DNA of 64,000 nucleotides from the NCBI GenBank assembly GCA_963700635.1, contig CAVOYH010000004.1, forward strand, positions 224,001 through 288,000, read 5' to 3'. This document shows positions 61,192-64,000 of the stretch, piece after piece. The notes beneath the pieces are model-generated. The model was not told the origin of the DNA. It saw only the letters and a program-made list of their open reading frames with translations, and did no database searches. The position numbers and the translations under genes were made by a program. Origin of the DNA: an uncultured Bacteroidota bacterium (GTDB lineage Bacteria; Bacteroidota; Ignavibacteria; UBA10030; UBA6906). Numbering within the stretch: the stretch's first letter is position 1; every line of letters starts with the position of its first letter.

Positions 61192-63465
61192 ATGGGGAAA
61201 TTTACTACAGAGGTTCATCTCAGCCGAGAGATGAAACTGCTGGATGTGACGATGATCGGCGTTGGCGCGATGATCGGTGCAGGCATCTTTGTTCTTACCG
61301 GAATTGCTGCCGGCGTCGCAGGACCGGCGCTGATCATCGCGTTCACTCTTAATGGTATTGTCGCGCTTCTGACGGCAATGTCGTACGCTGAACTCGGATC
61401 ATGTTATCATGACGCAGGCGGGGGGTACCTCTGGGTCAAGGAAGGCCTGCCCAAGTGGAATGGGTTTCTCTCCGGATGGATGAGCTGGTTCGCACATGCG
61501 GTCGCGTGCAGTCTGTATGCGCTCGGTTTCGGGGCATACTTTGAACATGTCCTCAAGGAGTTTGGCGTTTTTATTCCACACTGGGGTTTTCTGTCGCCGC
61601 AGAAACTGCTTGCTGTGGGAATTGCCATTGTCTTTGCGTACATCAATTTCCGCGGAGCTTCGGAAACAGGGAAGATAGGGAACATGGTGACGATGGCAAA
61701 GATCGTCATCCTTGCGATATTTATCGGATTTGGTCTCGAGCTGCTGCTCCGGCGCGGGGACGCGTCAGCTGCCTTCACGCCGTTCATGCCGAACGGTTGG
61801 GGAGGCGTCTTCAAGGCGATGGGTCTTACGTTTATCGCATTTCAGGGGTTCGAAGTCATCTCGCAATGCTCGGAGGAAGTCAGAAATCCCAAGAAAAACA
61901 TCCCGCGAGCAGTATTCCTCTCGCTCGTGATCGTGGTGCCAATCTATCTGCTCGTCGCCGTCACCTCGCTGGCTGCAGTCAGGCCAGAGGGTATGACGGC
62001 GTGGGACTATCTGGCGCAGCAGAAGGAAACCGCGCTTGTCGGTGTGGCGGAGACGTTCTTTGTGGGTGGAGGCGTGATGCTGCTGATCGGCGGGATCATT
62101 TCCACGATGTCCGCGCTGAACGCAACCGTGTACTCCTCCTCACGTGTGGCCTTCGCGCTGGGGCGGGACAGGAATTTTCCCGCTCTTTTCAGCAAGGTGC
62201 ACTCGAAAAAGTTCACTCCGCATTTTGCAATACTTGGTTCCATTGTCATTGTGGTGCTGATGTGTGTGTCGTTGCAGATTGAAGATGTTGCCTCGGCAGC
62301 CGATATCATGTTTTTGCTCCTCTTCCTGCAGGTGAACATTACCCTCATCCGCCTCCGGAAAAAGCGTCCCGACCTTGACAGAGGATTTGTTACTCCGCTT
62401 TTCCCCTATCTGACCATTGTCGGAATTGCGTTCCTGTTGTTTCTTGCCGTGTACATGGTCAACTACAGCCCGCTCGGCTGGCTGGTGACGGCAGGGTGGA
62501 TCGGCATTGGACTTGTTATCTATCGCACCTACGCATCGAAGAGGGAAATTGAGTATGTGAAAAAAGTGAAGGCCCTGGAACGCCTCGAACGGAAAGAGTT
62601 CACGATCCTTGTCCCGCTCTCGAACCCCGCGACAGCCAGAGGCCTGGTTGCCATCGCTATTGCGATCGCCAAGAAGCACAACGCCGAAATCCTGCTTCTT
62701 CACGTCATTGAAGTCGACCAGGGTGTGCCTCTCCGGGCTGGTATAGACAGAGGGGAACACGTGTTTCCGCTCCTTGAGGAAGGAAGAACCACGGTGGAAA
62801 AAATGGGGATTCCCGCACGCTCGATCGTTCAGGTCTCCCACAGAATCTCGCAAGGTATCCTTGAAACGGCAATCGAAGAGGACGTAAATTTTATTATTCT
62901 CGGACGCGAGAAACACCCGACTTTCCTGGATCGGATCAATGCAAGCGTCATTGATACTGTGCTTGACCAGGCGCCCTGCGAAGTTGCCATCCTGCACGGT
63001 GAGCTGGACCCGGAGAGCGTCAAAACGGTCCTGATCCCGTTCGGTGAGAACGTCCATACGCAGTTGGCGTTTGAAATAGCACCGGCGATTATTGCCCATT
63101 TTAAGAGTGCTGCCCAGGTGGCGGTGGTCTTTGAACCCGACACACCCTCGGAGCGACAGGCGGAACTCCTCACAAAGGTCGAAGGACGTATCACGGCAAG
63201 CGGCATCGCGGCGGATCTCAACGTCATACAGAACAAAGGGATACTGGAGGGTGTTGTCCAGGAGGGAAAAAAGACGGATCTCACCATCATGGGTGGGAGG
63301 TCGGGAGATTTCCTTGGATTGTTGTTGGGCCAATCGTTGACCCAGGAGATCACCGAACATTCAGATTCTCCCGTTCTCTGGGTAAACGAATACGAGGAAC
63401 AATCATCATTCTGGAAGGCGCTTTTCAGGCCCGTCGCAAAGGAGGCAGAGGAACATCATGGATAA
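61192..63465 (+). CDS. APC-family amino acid/cation permease with C-terminal USP domains
   Basis: GAMIGAGIF, YAEL, AGGGY and EEVRNP motifs; about 12 TMs, then ILVPLSNP USP-like domains. Confidence 0.9.
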   Translation: MGKFTTEVHLSREMKLLDVTMIGVGAMIGAGIFVLTGIAAGVAGPALIIAFTLNGIVALLTAMSYAELGSCYHDAGGGYLWVKEGLPKWNGFLSGWMSWFAHAVACSLYALGFGAYFEHVLKEFGVFIPHWGFLSPQKLLAVGIAIVFAYINFRGASETGKIGNMVTMAKIVILAIFIGFGLELLLRRGDASAAFTPFMPNGWGGVFKAMGLTFIAFQGFEVISQCSEEVRNPKKNIPRAVFLSLVIVVPIYLLVAVTSLAAVRPEGMTAWDYLAQQKETALVGVAETFFVGGGVMLLIGGIISTMSALNATVYSSSRVAFALGRDRNFPALFSKVHSKKFTPHFAILGSIVIVVLMCVSLQIEDVASAADIMFLLLFLQVNITLIRLRKKRPDLDRGFVTPLFPYLTIVGIAFLLFLAVYMVNYSPLGWLVTAGWIGIGLVIYRTYASKREIEYVKKVKALERLERKEFTILVPLSNPATARGLVAIAIAIAKKHNAEILLLHVIEVDQGVPLRAGIDRGEHVFPLLEEGRTTVEKMGIPARSIVQVSHRISQGILETAIEEDVNFIILGREKHPTFLDRINASVIDTVLDQAPCEVAILHGELDPESVKTVLIPFGENVHTQLAFEIAPAIIAHFKSAAQVAVVFEPDTPSERQAELLTKVEGRITASGIAADLNVIQNKGILEGVVQEGKKTDLTIMGGRSGDFLGLLLGQSLTQEITEHSDSPVLWVNEYEEQSSFWKALFRPVAKEAEEHHG

Positions 63466-64000
63466 CCCACTCGAAAAAGCTCTGTATGGAGTTTCTGAAA
63501 AATTTATTGCCTACCTCCCGAACCTGGTCGCCGGCATCGTGCTTATTGCCATCGGTTGGCTTCTCGGATGGCTCGTCAAACGAATCGTCGTGCAGGTGCT
63601 CCTGGTCCTGAGATTCGATCGGCTGCTCCGCCGGTTTCGATGGGGGTCCGGATTGGGCAAAGCCGATGTACGATACGCTATTGCCGAGTTTTTCGGCAAC
63701 GGGGTCTTTCTGATCGTGTTCATGATCCTGCTCAATGCCTCCCTCGAGGCGCTGCAGTTGACGGTGATCTCTGATGTCCTGACGGAGGGTGTCCTCTTTG
63801 TGCCGAAGCTGCTTGTTGCGATGTTTATCCTCGGACTCGGATGGTTTCTGGCGGGCTGGATTGCGGGAACGATTCAGCGGGCACTCACGAAGGAGGATAT
63901 TCCCAGGGCTACGCTCATTGCGCGGTTCACGAAAGTTGTCATCATGATCTTTTTTTCGGCGATGGCTCTTACCGAGCTGGATATTGCCCGCGAAATCGTC
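63458..64000 (+). CDS. TM-helix-repeat MscS-family membrane protein (runs off the right edge)
   Basis: MDNPLEKAL..YLPNLVAGIVLIAIGW and FVPKLLVAMFILGLGW repeats; open to the window end. Confidence 0.8.
   Translation, partial: MDNPLEKALYGVSEKFIAYLPNLVAGIVLIAIGWLLGWLVKRIVVQVLLVLRFDRLLRRFRWGSGLGKADVRYAIAEFFGNGVFLIVFMILLNASLEALQLTVISDVLTEGVLFVPKLLVAMFILGLGWFLAGWIAGTIQRALTKEDIPRATLIARFTKVVIMIFFSAMALTELDIAREIV

Overview
A GC-rich (visually about 55-60%) chromosomal window, most likely from an Ignavibacteria-like FCB-group bacterium. The taxonomy is inferred from ten secreted proteins ending in a type IX secretion (T9SS) type-A sorting domain (QNYPNPFNP...SGVYxxRL). From left to right it contains: (1) the end of a multiheme cytochrome c / outer-membrane beta-barrel / ferredoxin-flavoreductase cluster; (2) an emfourin-like lipoprotein with a T9SS M4 metalloprotease; (3) tRNA-Ser(TGA) followed by a decayed integrative island (about 8.7-20.3 kb) with a truncated integrase, one intact IS3 element and several IS remnants; (4) a tightly packed four-gene minus-strand operon (22.7-34.5 kb) encoding a TANFOR-like protein, two giant uncharacterised beta-rich proteins and an outer-membrane barrel, which is the best candidate for an undescribed surface/secretion system; (5) a run of T9SS cargo genes (AGE-family epimerase, Ig/CBM protein, EEP nuclease, two aryl-sulfotransferases); (6) a duplicated 60-aa orphan flanking a DUF1349 gene; and (7) an osmotic/ion-stress cluster with four MscS-family genes, NhaP, a porin and USP proteins. 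Several genes carry single-base frameshifts that may be sequencing errors. All family calls come from motif recognition, not database searches.
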